From positions 224,001 to 288,000 of the forward strand of contig CAVOKF010000006.1 in assembly GCA_963696385.1 (NCBI GenBank): a stretch of DNA of 64,000 bases. The letters run 5' to 3'. The notes beneath the pieces were generated by a model, which was not told the DNA's origin, made no database searches, and saw only the letters and a program-made list of their open reading frames with translations. Both the position numbers and the translations under genes were made by a program. Of the stretch, positions 48,115 to 58,513 are shown piece after piece (the stretch's first letter is position 1; the number at the start of each line of letters is the position of its first letter). The stretch comes from an uncultured delta proteobacterium. Lineage in GTDB: Bacteria > Myxococcota_A > Polyangia > Polyangiales > Polyangiaceae.

Positions 48115-49266
48115 CTAGGGTGCACTCTTGCGCTGCGATCCCGCGGCCGCAATGACCGACCGGTAAAGCTCTACGAGCTTTTCAATCGATGCATTGAAGT
48201 CGAAATGACGCGCGCGCTCTCGGTAGAGATCGCGTGCCGCCTCGAGCTTCGCCGGGTTGTCGATGAGCGCGTCGATCTTGGCGGCGAGCGCCGTCGCGTC
48301 GCCGGCCGGAAAGGTGAAGTCCTCATTCAGGGCAAGCTTCGAGGCGGCGCTCTCAGGGGCATTCGCAATGAGGGCGGGCAGCCCCGCACTCATGGACTCG
48401 AGGACCGACATCCCTTCGAGCTCGACCTCGCCCGCGTGGACGAAGAGGTCGGCTGTGCGATAGTCTTGGACGAGCTTCTCGCGCGACAGGAAGCCGATCT
48501 CGGCGCCGTTCGGAAGGCTGGATGCGAGGAGCTTGAGCTCGTCTTCGCGCGGCCCCCACCCGGAGAGCACGAGCCGGATCCGGTCGCGATGGCGGGAAAG
48601 CCGGACGGCCTCGATGATCACGTCTTGATGCTTTTCGGCCGCAAATCGCCCTACGGCGAGGATGAAAAAGCGACCGGAAGGATCGTGATAGGTCGCCGGC
48701 GGGTTGGCGGCCATCGCCCCGGCGACGTCGGGGGGGACGCCGTTGGAGATGACGACGGTGCGCGTCGTGAGGCCGTGCTCGCGCAGCTTTTGTGCTGCAA
48801 AATCCGTGGGGCACAGCACGGCGTCCACCTTGTCGTAGAAGCGCTTCACGAGCACGCCGTAAATGGCGTCGTTGAGCCATGCAGAGTGGATCCCCACGCT
48901 GAACAGAGCGTTTTCGGGCTGAACGTGGAAGGCGGCGACGACCGGTAAGCGGAGGCGGCGCGCATCCCGGAGGGCCGCGAACGAGAGCCAGAAGGGAAAC
49001 TGCAGATGGACGACGTCGACGTTCGCGAAAGCGCGCGCCAGAACGGCCCGATCGGGTTTCGCCATGACGAAGCCCATCTCCCGCATCGCCCGAAGAGGCA
49101 ATTGGAAGCTCGGCAGGACGTTGTCCCCGTCGGTGGCTACGGTGACCACCGTGTGCTCGTGCCGGAGTCGCTCGACCACGAATTCGGCGGAAAGGATCCC
49201 CCCCCCCGAGTGCGAGTGCAGGGTGTCCGCGACGAACGCGATCCGAAGACGGCTGTTGGGGCTCAT
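48115..49266 (-). CDS. GT4-family glycosyltransferase (paralog of 41139..42392)
   Basis: DVVHLQFPFWLS, FHVQPENAL, VGRFAAEK, ELEGMSVLESM. Confidence 0.9.
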   Translation of the reverse strand: MSPNSRLRIAFVADTLHSHSGGGILSAEFVVERLRHEHTVVTVATDGDNVLPSFQLPLRAMREMGFVMAKPDRAVLARAFANVDVVHLQFPFWLSFAALRDARRLRLPVVAAFHVQPENALFSVGIHSAWLNDAIYGVLVKRFYDKVDAVLCPTDFAAQKLREHGLTTRTVVISNGVPPDVAGAMAANPPATYHDPSGRFFILAVGRFAAEKHQDVIIEAVRLSRHRDRIRLVLSGWGPREDELKLLASSLPNGAEIGFLSREKLVQDYRTADLFVHAGEVELEGMSVLESMSAGLPALIANAPESAASKLALNEDFTFPAGDATALAAKIDALIDNPAKLEAARDLYRERARHFDFNASIEKLVELYRSVIAAAGSQRKSAP

Positions 49267-49310
49267 GACGCTCGGACCTCTGGCTGAGGCGTATCACGCC
49301 TATTCGGCCC

Positions 49311-50048
49311 TTACGGTGCGAACGACAGGCCCGTGTCGGTTCGATCGCCTCGGAGCGTCCGGGTGGCCGTTTCTGTGCCGACGGCCGTTCGAGTGACCGT
49401 ACCCGTGTCGGTGCCTGTGCCTCGAGCCGTCCGGGTGACGGTTCCGATCTCGGTTCGGGTGACGGTGCCGATCTCGGTTCGGGTCGAGGTGTCCGAACCC
49501 GTTTGGGTGACCGTTTGGGTGGCCGTTTCGGTGGCTGTTTCGGTGGCCGTTTCGGTGGCCGTTTCGGTGGCCGTTTCGGTGGCCGTTTGCGTGGCCGTTG
49601 CGGTGGCTGTGTCCGTGGCCGTTTGGGAGCCTCCGCCTGTCGTCGTATGAATGCCCGTCCCCGTGTCGGTCGGGGTCAAGGTGACGGTTTTCGTGTCGGT
49701 TGGGGAGGATGTGTCGCTGTGGGTCGAGCTGCCGGTTCCGACCTGGGTCGGGGTCCCGGTCCCGCTCGAGCCCCCGGCAGAGCTTGCCGTGGAACTGCCG
49801 GTGAGCATGCCCGTGAGGCTGCCCGACCCGGAACTGGCATTTGAGCTGCCGCTGGATCCGCCGCTGGCATCCGGCCCGCCCCCATTGGTTAGGGCCGGTC
49901 CCCCGTCGTCGGCCAAGTTGCTCCAGTCTCCGATGCCCAGCAGGTTGCCGCATCCGCCAAGCCAACACGTCGCCAGGATGCACACGGTACCGAGAGAGGC
50001 GGCCCGGATCCGTCCGCGCGTGCGCGAGCTCACGTCGCCGACTCTCAT
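49311..50048 (-). CDS. Lipoprotein with Thr-rich (TATE)n stalk
   Basis: LGGC-GNLLGI lipobox and 12-bp repeats at about 49500-49625. Confidence 0.7.
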   Translation of the reverse strand: MRVGDVSSRTRGRIRAASLGTVCILATCWLGGCGNLLGIGDWSNLADDGGPALTNGGGPDASGGSSGSSNASSGSGSLTGMLTGSSTASSAGGSSGTGTPTQVGTGSSTHSDTSSPTDTKTVTLTPTDTGTGIHTTTGGGSQTATDTATATATQTATETATETATETATETATETATQTVTQTGSDTSTRTEIGTVTRTEIGTVTRTARGTGTDTGTVTRTAVGTETATRTLRGDRTDTGLSFAP

Positions 50049-51034
50049 CAAAACGAACCTACCATCGTCATCCCTGCCGCGCCCGGGCCGCCCATCGCGG
50101 TGATTCGGATCCCTCGCGCCGACGCGGCAACCTCGCTCGATGAGCCTTTCGGCGCGGTCAGGAATACCACGACTCCGGTCGCGGCCAGTACCCCGCCGGC
50201 GATGAAGCTCACCGTCGAGAGGGTGGCCATCGTCTTGGCCGAGGCTTCGTCTTGGAATCCGGTCGACATCGGGCTCGTCGTGCACGATACGGGCTGGCCG
50301 TCGCAGGCCGTTTTCGCATTCGACCACTTGGAGGCGGCTAGACCGCCGAACACAGTCCCGAGTCCGAGTCCGACGATGCCGAGTGCGCCGACGGCCACGC
50401 CGGAGATGCGCTGGCCTGTCCCGGGCGCCGAGGCCACCGTGTGGGGGCCGCCCCCGGGCGGCTCGGCTGCGACCGCCACCGGATTCGCAGCGGGCGGTAG
50501 GTTCGTGAGGGTCGGCGTTGCCGCGGGCACGCTCGTGGGTGGCTCGCTCGCTGCCGCCGAGCCGACCGTGATGCTTTCGCGCCGGTCCTTCTGGCCCTCG
50601 CTGACCACGAACGACTGACTGACCGACGGCAGCCCATCCGCCTCGAACGTGAAAACGTGCTGCCCAGGGTCGACGGAGAGGGCGGCGCCATCGAGGCGGT
50701 CGCCGATCGGCTCACCGTCCATGGAGACCCGGACGGCGACGAGGTCATGCCCCGCGCCATCCTTGGCGAGGAACACGATGCTCGGAATCGCCGCGTTGAG
50801 GTCTTTGACACGAAGCTGGCAGGTGTCGCGCACCTCGCCCGGGCAGCTTGGCGCGGAGCAGACGAGCGCCTGGTCACGCGCCTGCCGGAGTCTGTGCTCG
50901 CCCCTGAGCTGGATCGAACCCTCGTTGGCAGCGAGGCACTCGGACATCGTGGGGTCGGCGGCCTGCGCCGGTCGGTCCGCGGCACATAAGACCGTCAGGA
51001 GCGCCCCGGTCGTCACGGCGGTACGCCGTTTCAT
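50048..51034 (-). CDS. Exported TPR/PEGA-like protein with C-terminal TM hairpin
   Basis: Signal peptide, C...CSAPSCP helical domain, VDPGQHVF Ig-like domain and two Gly-rich TM segments. Confidence 0.78.
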   Translation of the reverse strand: MKRRTAVTTGALLTVLCAADRPAQAADPTMSECLAANEGSIQLRGEHRLRQARDQALVCSAPSCPGEVRDTCQLRVKDLNAAIPSIVFLAKDGAGHDLVAVRVSMDGEPIGDRLDGAALSVDPGQHVFTFEADGLPSVSQSFVVSEGQKDRRESITVGSAAASEPPTSVPAATPTLTNLPPAANPVAVAAEPPGGGPHTVASAPGTGQRISGVAVGALGIVGLGLGTVFGGLAASKWSNAKTACDGQPVSCTTSPMSTGFQDEASAKTMATLSTVSFIAGGVLAATGVVVFLTAPKGSSSEVAASARGIRITAMGGPGAAGMTMVGSF

Positions 51035-51045
51035 TCCGATGGGGT

Positions 51046-51819
51046 TCACTGGCAGACCGCGCAGGGGCATGAAAAGTGGGCTTCACCTTGCTTGTCCAGG
51101 GTCTTGACCAACTTGCACGCGGCTGCCGTCTTCGAGGTCGCTGGCGAGGCGGCGGGAGCCTGGTTGAAGGGCAACCGCTTGGTCGTCATCGCGGCCGGAT
51201 GGCCTGCGGTCATGGGCGGATCGGGCCGCCGGGGCGGCGTCGCAAGGGCTGCCCGGGCCGCCTGAAGTCGCGTCGTGTCTGCGGCCGAGGGAAGGGCCGT
51301 CCCTTCAGCAGCCGCCGGCGGGGGCGGCGAAGCTGCCCCGACGGGTGCGCCGAGCGGCGCGTGGGCCTCGGGCACGTCGGCCGTCACCGTAGGTGCAGCG
51401 GTTTCGGCGACTTGGGGCAGCGGGCGCGAGAGCCCCGGTAGGGGTCCTGAAACGACCGACGCCGATGCGGCTGTCGTCGGTGTGGCCCAGGCCTTCGCCA
51501 GGCCCATGCGAACCGCCGCGGCGACGAGAATCACGCTGCACAAGCCAACGACGCCGACCACGACCGGAATCAGCCGTTGCCGGCGCGCCGCGTCGGGCAA
51601 CGGGCCCTGCGGTGGCTCTTCGATGCGATCCATCGTGCTTGGGGTCATGGTAGCGAAGTCGTCCCATCCCGCCCCCGTCTCGACCCGATCGGCTTGCACC
51701 CCGGGTTGGAGCACGGCCGGGGCGCGGACGGAAGTCGCCCGCGTCGTTTGGAGCGGTATCGCCGGCCCCCCATCGGCATCGACGCGTTCGGTCGGCATGC
51801 TTGCTCTGTCCATCCCCAT
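51046..51819 (-). CDS. Single-pass membrane protein with Pro/Ala-rich region and C-terminal Cys motif
   Basis: TM segment LIPVVVGVVGLCSVILVAAAV; ends CKLVKTLDKQGEAHFSCPCAVCQ. Confidence 0.65.
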   Translation of the reverse strand: MGMDRASMPTERVDADGGPAIPLQTTRATSVRAPAVLQPGVQADRVETGAGWDDFATMTPSTMDRIEEPPQGPLPDAARRQRLIPVVVGVVGLCSVILVAAAVRMGLAKAWATPTTAASASVVSGPLPGLSRPLPQVAETAAPTVTADVPEAHAPLGAPVGAASPPPPAAAEGTALPSAADTTRLQAARAALATPPRRPDPPMTAGHPAAMTTKRLPFNQAPAASPATSKTAAACKLVKTLDKQGEAHFSCPCAVCQ

Positions 51820-52068
51820 CGGTACCCACCGGGATCGGTACCCACAGGCCTGCTCGACCAGGCCGCGGCCCGCAAGCTCAGGCTGAAATTTTACGGCAAA
51901 TCCGGTGGCCCTGCGCGGTCCGCGCGCCCCGCGCGGAGGGATCCGCGGAACCTACGAAAGCAACGGCGCGTCAGAAGTCCGCGCTCCGCGGCGTCGGACG
52001 GGCATGCCCCGCCCGGGTCGTTCAGTGAACGCAGGTGGGGGCAGCGGGTGCGCTGGCGGCAGGGCTCT

Positions 52069-53484
52069 TCACTGCAGCGCGCTCACGAGGGCTGCGACGC
52101 TCTTCTTGGCGTCGCCGAACAGCATCAGCGTATTTTCGTTGTAGCAAATCGGGTTGTCCACTCCCGCGTACCCGGCGCTCAGTCCGCGCTTGAGCATGAT
52201 CACCTTAGCGGCTTTCCACGCTTCGAGGACCGGCATCCCGTAGATCGGGCTCGACGGATCGGACAGAGCACTCGGGTTCACGATGTCGTTTGCGCCGATG
52301 ATCATCACGACGTCGGTCGACGAGAAATCTTCGTTGATCTCATCCATCTCCTTGACGATGTCGTAGGGAACGTTGGCTTCTGCCAAGAGCACGTTCATGT
52401 GGCCCGGCAGGCGCCCGGCGACCGGATGGATCGCATAGCGAACCTGCACGCCGCGCTGGGCGAGAATCACCGTCAACTCGCGCACCGGGTGCTGCGCTTG
52501 CGCTACGGCCATTCCGTAGCCGGGCACCACCACGACTGTCCTCGCCGCACGCAGCAGATCGACGACCTGATCAACACTCGCCTCGTGCACGGGCAGCGCG
52601 GCCCCCGTTGCCGGCGGCGCGCCGGCGGCCGGCGCCGCCCCGAATCCGCCGAATACGACGTTCCAGATCGAACGGTTCATCGCGCGGCACATGATGGTGC
52701 TGAGAATCGCGCCGCTCGAGCCGACCAGCGCACCGGTGATGATGAGCAAGTCGTTCGAGAGCATGAAGCCCGCCGCGGCGGCCGCCCAACCGGAGTAGCT
52801 ATTGAGCAGGGAAACGACGACCGGCATGTCCCCGCCTCCGATCGCGGCTACGAGATGGATGCCGAGCAACGACGCGATGAGCGCGATGACGACCAGCGAT
52901 GCGATCCCTTCGGGCGCAGGCGCACGCAAAAACGCGACGCCGAGCCCGGCGCATGCGGCGAGCAGCACGGCGTTGATCGCGTGGCGTCCGGGCACGAGCA
53001 GCGGCCTGCTGCCGAACGTGCCGCGCAGCTTGCCGAACGCCACGACCGATCCGGTGAACGTCACGGCGCCGATGAACACCCCGGCGACGACCTCGAGATC
53101 GCGCACCGGGTCGGTTTCGCGGTTCGGCTCGAGGTAGTTCGCAATGCCCACGAGGACGGCGGCGGCTCCGACGAAGCTGTGCAGGGCGGCGACGAGTTCG
53201 GGCATGGACGTCATCGCGACGCGCGCCGCGAGCAGCGCACCGACCATCGTGCCGACGCCGATGGTGCCCACGAGCAGCGCGATGCCCGAGGTCGTCGTGA
53301 CGCTTGGACCGGATGGCGTCGGCGAGAACAAGGCCGCGATCGTCATGGCGACGGCGAGCAGCATGCCCACCATCCCGTAGACGTTGCCGCGCCGGGCCGT
53401 ACCCTGGCTCGACAGCCCGCGCAGGCTGAGGATGAACAGCAGCGCGGCGCCTATGTACGCCAGTCGTTGCAACGACGAGAGCAT
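52069..53484 (-). CDS. pntB: NAD(P) transhydrogenase subunit beta
   Basis: MPELVAALHSFVG, DMPVVVSLLNSYSGWAA, PGYGMAVAQAQH, HPVAGRLPGHMNVLLAEA. Confidence 0.97.
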   Translation of the reverse strand: MLSSLQRLAYIGAALLFILSLRGLSSQGTARRGNVYGMVGMLLAVAMTIAALFSPTPSGPSVTTTSGIALLVGTIGVGTMVGALLAARVAMTSMPELVAALHSFVGAAAVLVGIANYLEPNRETDPVRDLEVVAGVFIGAVTFTGSVVAFGKLRGTFGSRPLLVPGRHAINAVLLAACAGLGVAFLRAPAPEGIASLVVIALIASLLGIHLVAAIGGGDMPVVVSLLNSYSGWAAAAAGFMLSNDLLIITGALVGSSGAILSTIMCRAMNRSIWNVVFGGFGAAPAAGAPPATGAALPVHEASVDQVVDLLRAARTVVVVPGYGMAVAQAQHPVRELTVILAQRGVQVRYAIHPVAGRLPGHMNVLLAEANVPYDIVKEMDEINEDFSSTDVVMIIGANDIVNPSALSDPSSPIYGMPVLEAWKAAKVIMLKRGLSAGYAGVDNPICYNENTLMLFGDAKKSVAALVSALQ

Positions 53485-53489
53485 CGATG

Positions 53490-55037
53490 TCACCGGTGAA
53501 ACATTCGCAGCATACGCCGCGTCACGAGAAACCCCCCAGCGACGTTGATGGACGCGAGCAGGATGGCGAGTGCGGCGAGCGCCGTCGGCGCGGCGAGGCC
53601 GCCGGACCGCAGCAGCACCAAGGCGCCGACGAGAATGATGCCGCTGATGGCGTTGGTGACGCTCATGAGAGGCGTGTGAAGGGCGGGCGTGACGTTCCAG
53701 ACGACGTGCCAGCCGACCACGCACGCAAGAAGGAAAACGGTCAGGTGCTCGAGGAACTCACCCTGAGCGAACAAGCCGGCGACGAGCAGGGACGCGCACA
53801 CCGAGCCCACGAAGACGGCCCCGGTCCGACCGGCCCGCGAGTCCGGATGCACGGCCTGCGGCGTGGCCGCGGGCGGTGGCTTTACCGAGCGAGGCGGGGG
53901 CCGAGTCGGCGGAGGCCAGAGCAGTGTGCCCTTGTCGAGGACAACGACGCCGCGATGGATCTCGTCGTCGAGGTCGAGCGCAATGTTCGCCTTGTCGGCG
54001 TCGTAGACGTCGGCCAAAAGGTTGTAGACCGTCGTTCCGTAGAGATCGCTCGCTTGGCGTGCCATTCGGCTCGCGAAATCGGTGAGCCCGATGACTTTCA
54101 CCCCGAACCTCTCGACGATCTTGTCGCGTTCCGTAAGGGCGCAGTTTCCCCCCTGTTCGGCCGCCAGATCGACGATCACCGAGCCGCGGCGCATGCTGAC
54201 CACCGCTCCCGAGGTAATCAAGAGCGGAGCCGGGCGTCCGGGGACGACCGCGGTCGACACGATGATGTCGACGTCCTTCGCATGCTGCGCGATCAACGCT
54301 TGCTCGGCGGCGATGAACTCGGGGCTCATCTCCCTCGCGTAACCGCCTACGCCCTCACCGGATTCGGGAAACTCCAAAGGCAGAAATGTGGCGCCGAGGC
54401 TTTGCACCTGTTCGCGCACGCTCGGGCGCGTGTCGAAGGCGCGGACGACGGCACCGAGACTGCGTGCGCACGCCACCGCCGACAACCCCGCGACTCCTGC
54501 CCCGATGACCAGCACTTGGGCTGGTTTCACCCGACCGGCAGCGGTCGTCTGTCCGGACAAGAACATTCCGAAGTGGGCCGCGGCCTCAATCACGGCGCGG
54601 TATCCGACGATGTTCGCGAACACGCTGAGGGCGTCCATGCTCTGCGCGCGCGATATGCGCGGCATCACATCCATGGCCAGCACGGTCGCGCCGCGCGCGG
54701 CCAGCATTTCCACGAGCTCCGCATTCTGCCCGGGCCAGACGAAGCCGATGAGGCACGCCCCCTGCTTGAGCAGGACCGTCTCGTGACGTCCATCTTGGCC
54801 CATCTGGGGCGGGCGCACCTTGAGGACCACGTCCGCATCGCGATAGAGCGCTTCGGCGTCGGCGACGACGGTCGCCCCGACCTCCGCGTACTGGGCGTCG
54901 AGCGACTCCGAGGCCTCTCCGGCGCCCGACTGCACGATGACGTCGAGACCGAGCCGGGCGATCTTCGCGACGGTCACGGGCGTCGCGGCGACGCGTCGCT
55001 CGCCCGCGGCGATTTCCTTGGGGATGCCGACTTTCAT
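53490..55037 (-). CDS. pntA: NAD(P) transhydrogenase subunit alpha (unsplit)
   Basis: MKVGIPKE...[37 protein letters not shown]. Confidence 0.97.
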   Translation of the reverse strand: MKVGIPKEIAAGERRVAATPVTVAKIARLGLDVIVQSGAGEASESLDAQYAEVGATVVADAEALYRDADVVLKVRPPQMGQDGRHETVLLKQGACLIGFVWPGQNAELVEMLAARGATVLAMDVMPRISRAQSMDALSVFANIVGYRAVIEAAAHFGMFLSGQTTAAGRVKPAQVLVIGAGVAGLSAVACARSLGAVVRAFDTRPSVREQVQSLGATFLPLEFPESGEGVGGYAREMSPEFIAAEQALIAQHAKDVDIIVSTAVVPGRPAPLLITSGAVVSMRRGSVIVDLAAEQGGNCALTERDKIVERFGVKVIGLTDFASRMARQASDLYGTTVYNLLADVYDADKANIALDLDDEIHRGVVVLDKGTLLWPPPTRPPPRSVKPPPAATPQAVHPDSRAGRTGAVFVGSVCASLLVAGLFAQGEFLEHLTVFLLACVVGWHVVWNVTPALHTPLMSVTNAISGIILVGALVLLRSGGLAAPTALAALAILLASINVAGGFLVTRRMLRMFHR

Positions 55038-55320
55038 GGCCGAACGCGCTGTCAGCAAATGGCCCGGAGACCGGCTCCGCGTCAATCGCTTCTCGCTCGG
55101 CGGCAGGGCGGGCGCCTGAGACGGGCCGGACCGGGGTCCGAGTGGCAAATTCCAGCCATACGCTAGCCATGCCCTTTCGGCTGGGCGATTTTTCGAACAG
55201 CAGGAGAAGAATCGCGCGAGCGGCGGCTCGTCGTCCCCTTACGTTGTAGACTGATGGGTGCGGTCCGGATCCCGATCGCCGCCGTCCAGCGCGGCCGAGA
55301 GGCGAGAGGCGAGAGGCAAG

Positions 55321-57807
55321 ATGAAGACGACGAAGACACTCGCGGCTTTCGCTGCGACGCTTGTGGCAGTCGCGTGCGGCAGTCAGAACTCCGAGGCGCC
55401 GCCCGATGGCGGAAGCCCCGCTGCATCCTCGAACGCGAGCAGTGTGGCGACAGGGTCAGCGAGCACGGGTACGGGCTCCGGGGCTTCGACGTCCACGGTT
55501 GGCACGAGTACGGGCGGCAGCGGCGGTTCTTCGGCTGCAATGAGCACGGGCGGTAGCACCAGCGGCGCGACGGGATCGGGCACGAGCTCCACCGGAACCG
55601 CCGGCATGGGCACCGGCACCGGCACCGGTACCGGCACGGGTGAGGGCGGCACGGTCGGCAACCCGCCCGCGGCCCTGCCCAATCGAGTGCGGACGATCAT
55701 TCCCTTCGACACGGCCTGGCTGTTCAACTACGGCAACGCGACCGGTGCCCAGGCAACGGCATTTGCCGACACCACGTGGCGGACGGTGAACGTCCCGCAC
55801 GACTGGGCCATCGAGGGGTCGAGTCCGCCCGCCAACCCGTTCTCGCAGACGGCTGCGACCACGGGTCGTGGGGCCTACGTGTCGTCGGGAGTTTCCTGGT
55901 ACCGAAAGCATTTCACGCTGCCGCAAACCCTGTCGGGCGACAAGGTCTACATCGAGTTCGACGGGGTCATGGAAAATGCGACCGTCTACATCAACGGGAC
56001 CGCGCTCGGCGAGCATCCGTACGGGTACACGAGCTACCGCTACGACATGACGTCGGGCGTCACCTTCGGAACGACGGACAACGTGCTTGCGGTCGAGACC
56101 GATACGACGCTGCAGCCCGCCGAACGGTTCTACGCAGGGGCCGGAATCTACCGCCACGCCCGCATCCTCGTGACCAATCCGGTTCACGTCGATCAGTATG
56201 CGACGTTCGTCACCACGCCCACGCCCACGACCGCATCGGCGACGGTCAACGTGACGACCTCTGTGGTCAATTCCGGCACGACGTCCCAAAGCGTGACCGT
56301 CCAGGGCATCGTCAGCGGCCCCACGGGGACGGCGCTGCCCGCCGTCACGACGGCTGCTCAAACCATTGCGGCCGGAGCGTCGGCGACCTTCACGTTCACC
56401 GTTCCTGTCACGAGCCCCCAACTCTGGAGCCTCGCGACGCCGAACATGTACTCCTTGTTGACCAACGTCCAAGTCGGCGGGACCACCGTGGACGACGACG
56501 TGACGCCGTTCGGGATCCGGGAGATCCTCTTCGACGCGGGGCTCACCATCAATGGGCAGGTCACGAAACTCCAAGGCGTCGCCAACCACCAGGACTATCA
56601 CGCGCTCGGCGTGGCCGCGCCGCAGCGAGCCATCCAGCGACGCCTGGCACAGCTCAAGGCTCTCGGAGTCAATGCCATCCGCACCGCTCACAATCCGCCC
56701 AACCCGGATTTCCTCGATCTGACCGATCGCATGGGCATTCTCGTCCTCGACGAATTTGCCGACGTCTGGACCGGGCATAAGTACTCCGACGTGGGCGACT
56801 ACGCGGCGTACTTCCTGAAGACCGCGACCGCGCCCACGGGGATGCCGGCCGTGCCCGGGGTTGCCACCGGTGCCACGTGGTGGGAGGTCGACTTCACGGG
56901 CTGGATCATGCGCGATCGCAACCACCCGAGTGTAGTCGCGTACAGCATGGGCAACGAAATTCGCGATGCCATCGGTACGCGGACGCCCATCCTGACCGAA
57001 ATGGCCTCGATCGCGCATACCCTGAATCCTCCCGGCAAGATTACCCAGGCGCTTTTCAACCCGGCCACCGCCGGCGACGTCGGCGGAGCCACGAACACGC
57101 TCCTCGATGTCTGGGGCGACAACTACGACGTGGCCAGTTGCTTGAAGGCCGAGACGAGCGCTCCGACCAAGTCGAGCATGATCACCGAAGACGGCAGCAC
57201 CAATGGCGACTGGGCCAGCGTGAAGTCCAACGCCGCACTGACGGGCGAATTCATCTGGACGGGGGTCGACTACCTGGGCGAGGCCAATGGATCGTGGCCC
57301 GTCATAGGAAACCAAGATGATCTCGCTCCGGTGCAGGAAGGGGGAGCGTTGATGGACGAACTCGGCAACATCTACCCGAACGGAACCAAGTGGCAGGGCA
57401 CCTGGGGCGTGACGGCCAGCGCGAAGCCGGCCGCCGGAACGACCGCGTCGCAGATCGTTCTCACGGCGGATCACGCCACACTGACGACGGACGTCAACGA
57501 CATTTCGTTCATCCGGGCCGCGATTTCCGATGCTTCCGGCGCCGTCGTCACGAGCTCGGCCACGCCGGTGACGTTCGCCATCACGGGTCCGGGCACCATC
57601 GTCGGCGTCGACAGCGCGAGCATGACCCAGGAGACGTTCCGGGGCAATGTGCGCAATGCCTACCAGGGGCTGGCGTACGCTCTGGTTCAGGCCACCGGCG
57701 CGGGCACCATCACGGTGACGGCTTCGGCGACGGGGCTCACCGGCGGCACGGCGACCGTGATGGCGACCGTGGGGACGTTCGTCCCCTGCTCCGGCACCTG
57801 CAACTGA
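55321..57807 (+). CDS. GH2 glycoside hydrolase (beta-galactosidase-like) lipoprotein
   Basis: Lipobox AVAC; WYRKHF, EFDGVM, GIYR, NAIRTAHNPP, RDRNHPSVVAYSMGNE, ITE, WTGVDYLGE. Confidence 0.92.
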   Translation: MKTTKTLAAFAATLVAVACGSQNSEAPPDGGSPAASSNASSVATGSASTGTGSGASTSTVGTSTGGSGGSSAAMSTGGSTSGATGSGTSSTGTAGMGTGTGTGTGTGEGGTVGNPPAALPNRVRTIIPFDTAWLFNYGNATGAQATAFADTTWRTVNVPHDWAIEGSSPPANPFSQTAATTGRGAYVSSGVSWYRKHFTLPQTLSGDKVYIEFDGVMENATVYINGTALGEHPYGYTSYRYDMTSGVTFGTTDNVLAVETDTTLQPAERFYAGAGIYRHARILVTNPVHVDQYATFVTTPTPTTASATVNVTTSVVNSGTTSQSVTVQGIVSGPTGTALPAVTTAAQTIAAGASATFTFTVPVTSPQLWSLATPNMYSLLTNVQVGGTTVDDDVTPFGIREILFDAGLTINGQVTKLQGVANHQDYHALGVAAPQRAIQRRLAQLKALGVNAIRTAHNPPNPDFLDLTDRMGILVLDEFADVWTGHKYSDVGDYAAYFLKTATAPTGMPAVPGVATGATWWEVDFTGWIMRDRNHPSVVAYSMGNEIRDAIGTRTPILTEMASIAHTLNPPGKITQALFNPATAGDVGGATNTLLDVWGDNYDVASCLKAETSAPTKSSMITEDGSTNGDWASVKSNAALTGEFIWTGVDYLGEANGSWPVIGNQDDLAPVQEGGALMDELGNIYPNGTKWQGTWGVTASAKPAAGTTASQIVLTADHATLTTDVNDISFIRAAISDASGAVVTSSATPVTFAITGPGTIVGVDSASMTQETFRGNVRNAYQGLAYALVQATGAGTITVTASATGLTGGTATVMATVGTFVPCSGTCN

Positions 57808-57887
57808 GCGGGGCTATCCGGCACGATTTTCAACGGACACGGCAAGTCGGGTATCGTCCGCTTCTCCACGCGAGGAAGGGACCCACC

Positions 57888-58415
57888 ATGCACAGGCTCG
57901 GAGCGACAATTACGATCGCGGCGCTCGGGATATCGGTCGTCATCGGGTGCAAATCGGGCAGCGCCGGCGGCGGCGCGACCGGGAATGCGAGTGCCGCATC
58001 GGCAAGCGGTGGGGGACCCGAGAAACCGGCGGTCGCTTCCGGTGCCGTCGCGTCCGGCGGTCCGAGCGCCATGAGCGTCTGCCGTCAGCTCGAACGAGCG
58101 GGAATCGCCACCGGGTGCGCGCGGAAGGATGCGCCGAACTCGAACGTTGCGCCCGCGAGCTCGGCCGGCGATCGAGCCAGCTTCACCATTCCTACCGTCA
58201 TCTATCGGGGGATGTACGCGACCGGGTTGGTGGCGCGATTCCCGGACGACCAAATGTTCGGATTCATGACCCGCGTGGCAAAGGCAGACCCGAAGATGTC
58301 GCGCTACCCGATCTTGGAGTCGGAGAAGGCCCGCGTTCTCGTCTACCTCGTGTCGGATGGATCGATTCCGGACGAGATCCAAGCCAAAGCGAGGGCCGTC
58401 GTCCAAGGGCTCTAA
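57888..58415 (+). CDS. Hypothetical lipoprotein
   Basis: Signal peptide ending VIGC; GAGGAAGG upstream. Confidence 0.7.
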   Translation: MHRLGATITIAALGISVVIGCKSGSAGGGATGNASAASASGGGPEKPAVASGAVASGGPSAMSVCRQLERAGIATGCARKDAPNSNVAPASSAGDRASFTIPTVIYRGMYATGLVARFPDDQMFGFMTRVAKADPKMSRYPILESEKARVLVYLVSDGSIPDEIQAKARAVVQGL

Positions 58416-58470
58416 CTAACCCGATAAACGGTGCCCAGCTGCGCTGGGTCCTAATTTTCGGGAAGTTCGT
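58416..58470. terminator. Imperfect hairpin between convergent genes
   Basis: CCCAGC-TGC-GCTGGG core with outer CCCGA/TCGGG arms. Confidence 0.3.
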
Positions 58471-58513
58471 TGCCGGCTTGGGAAGGTGGCGGGGCGTTCG
58501 GGCCGCGGCCGAA

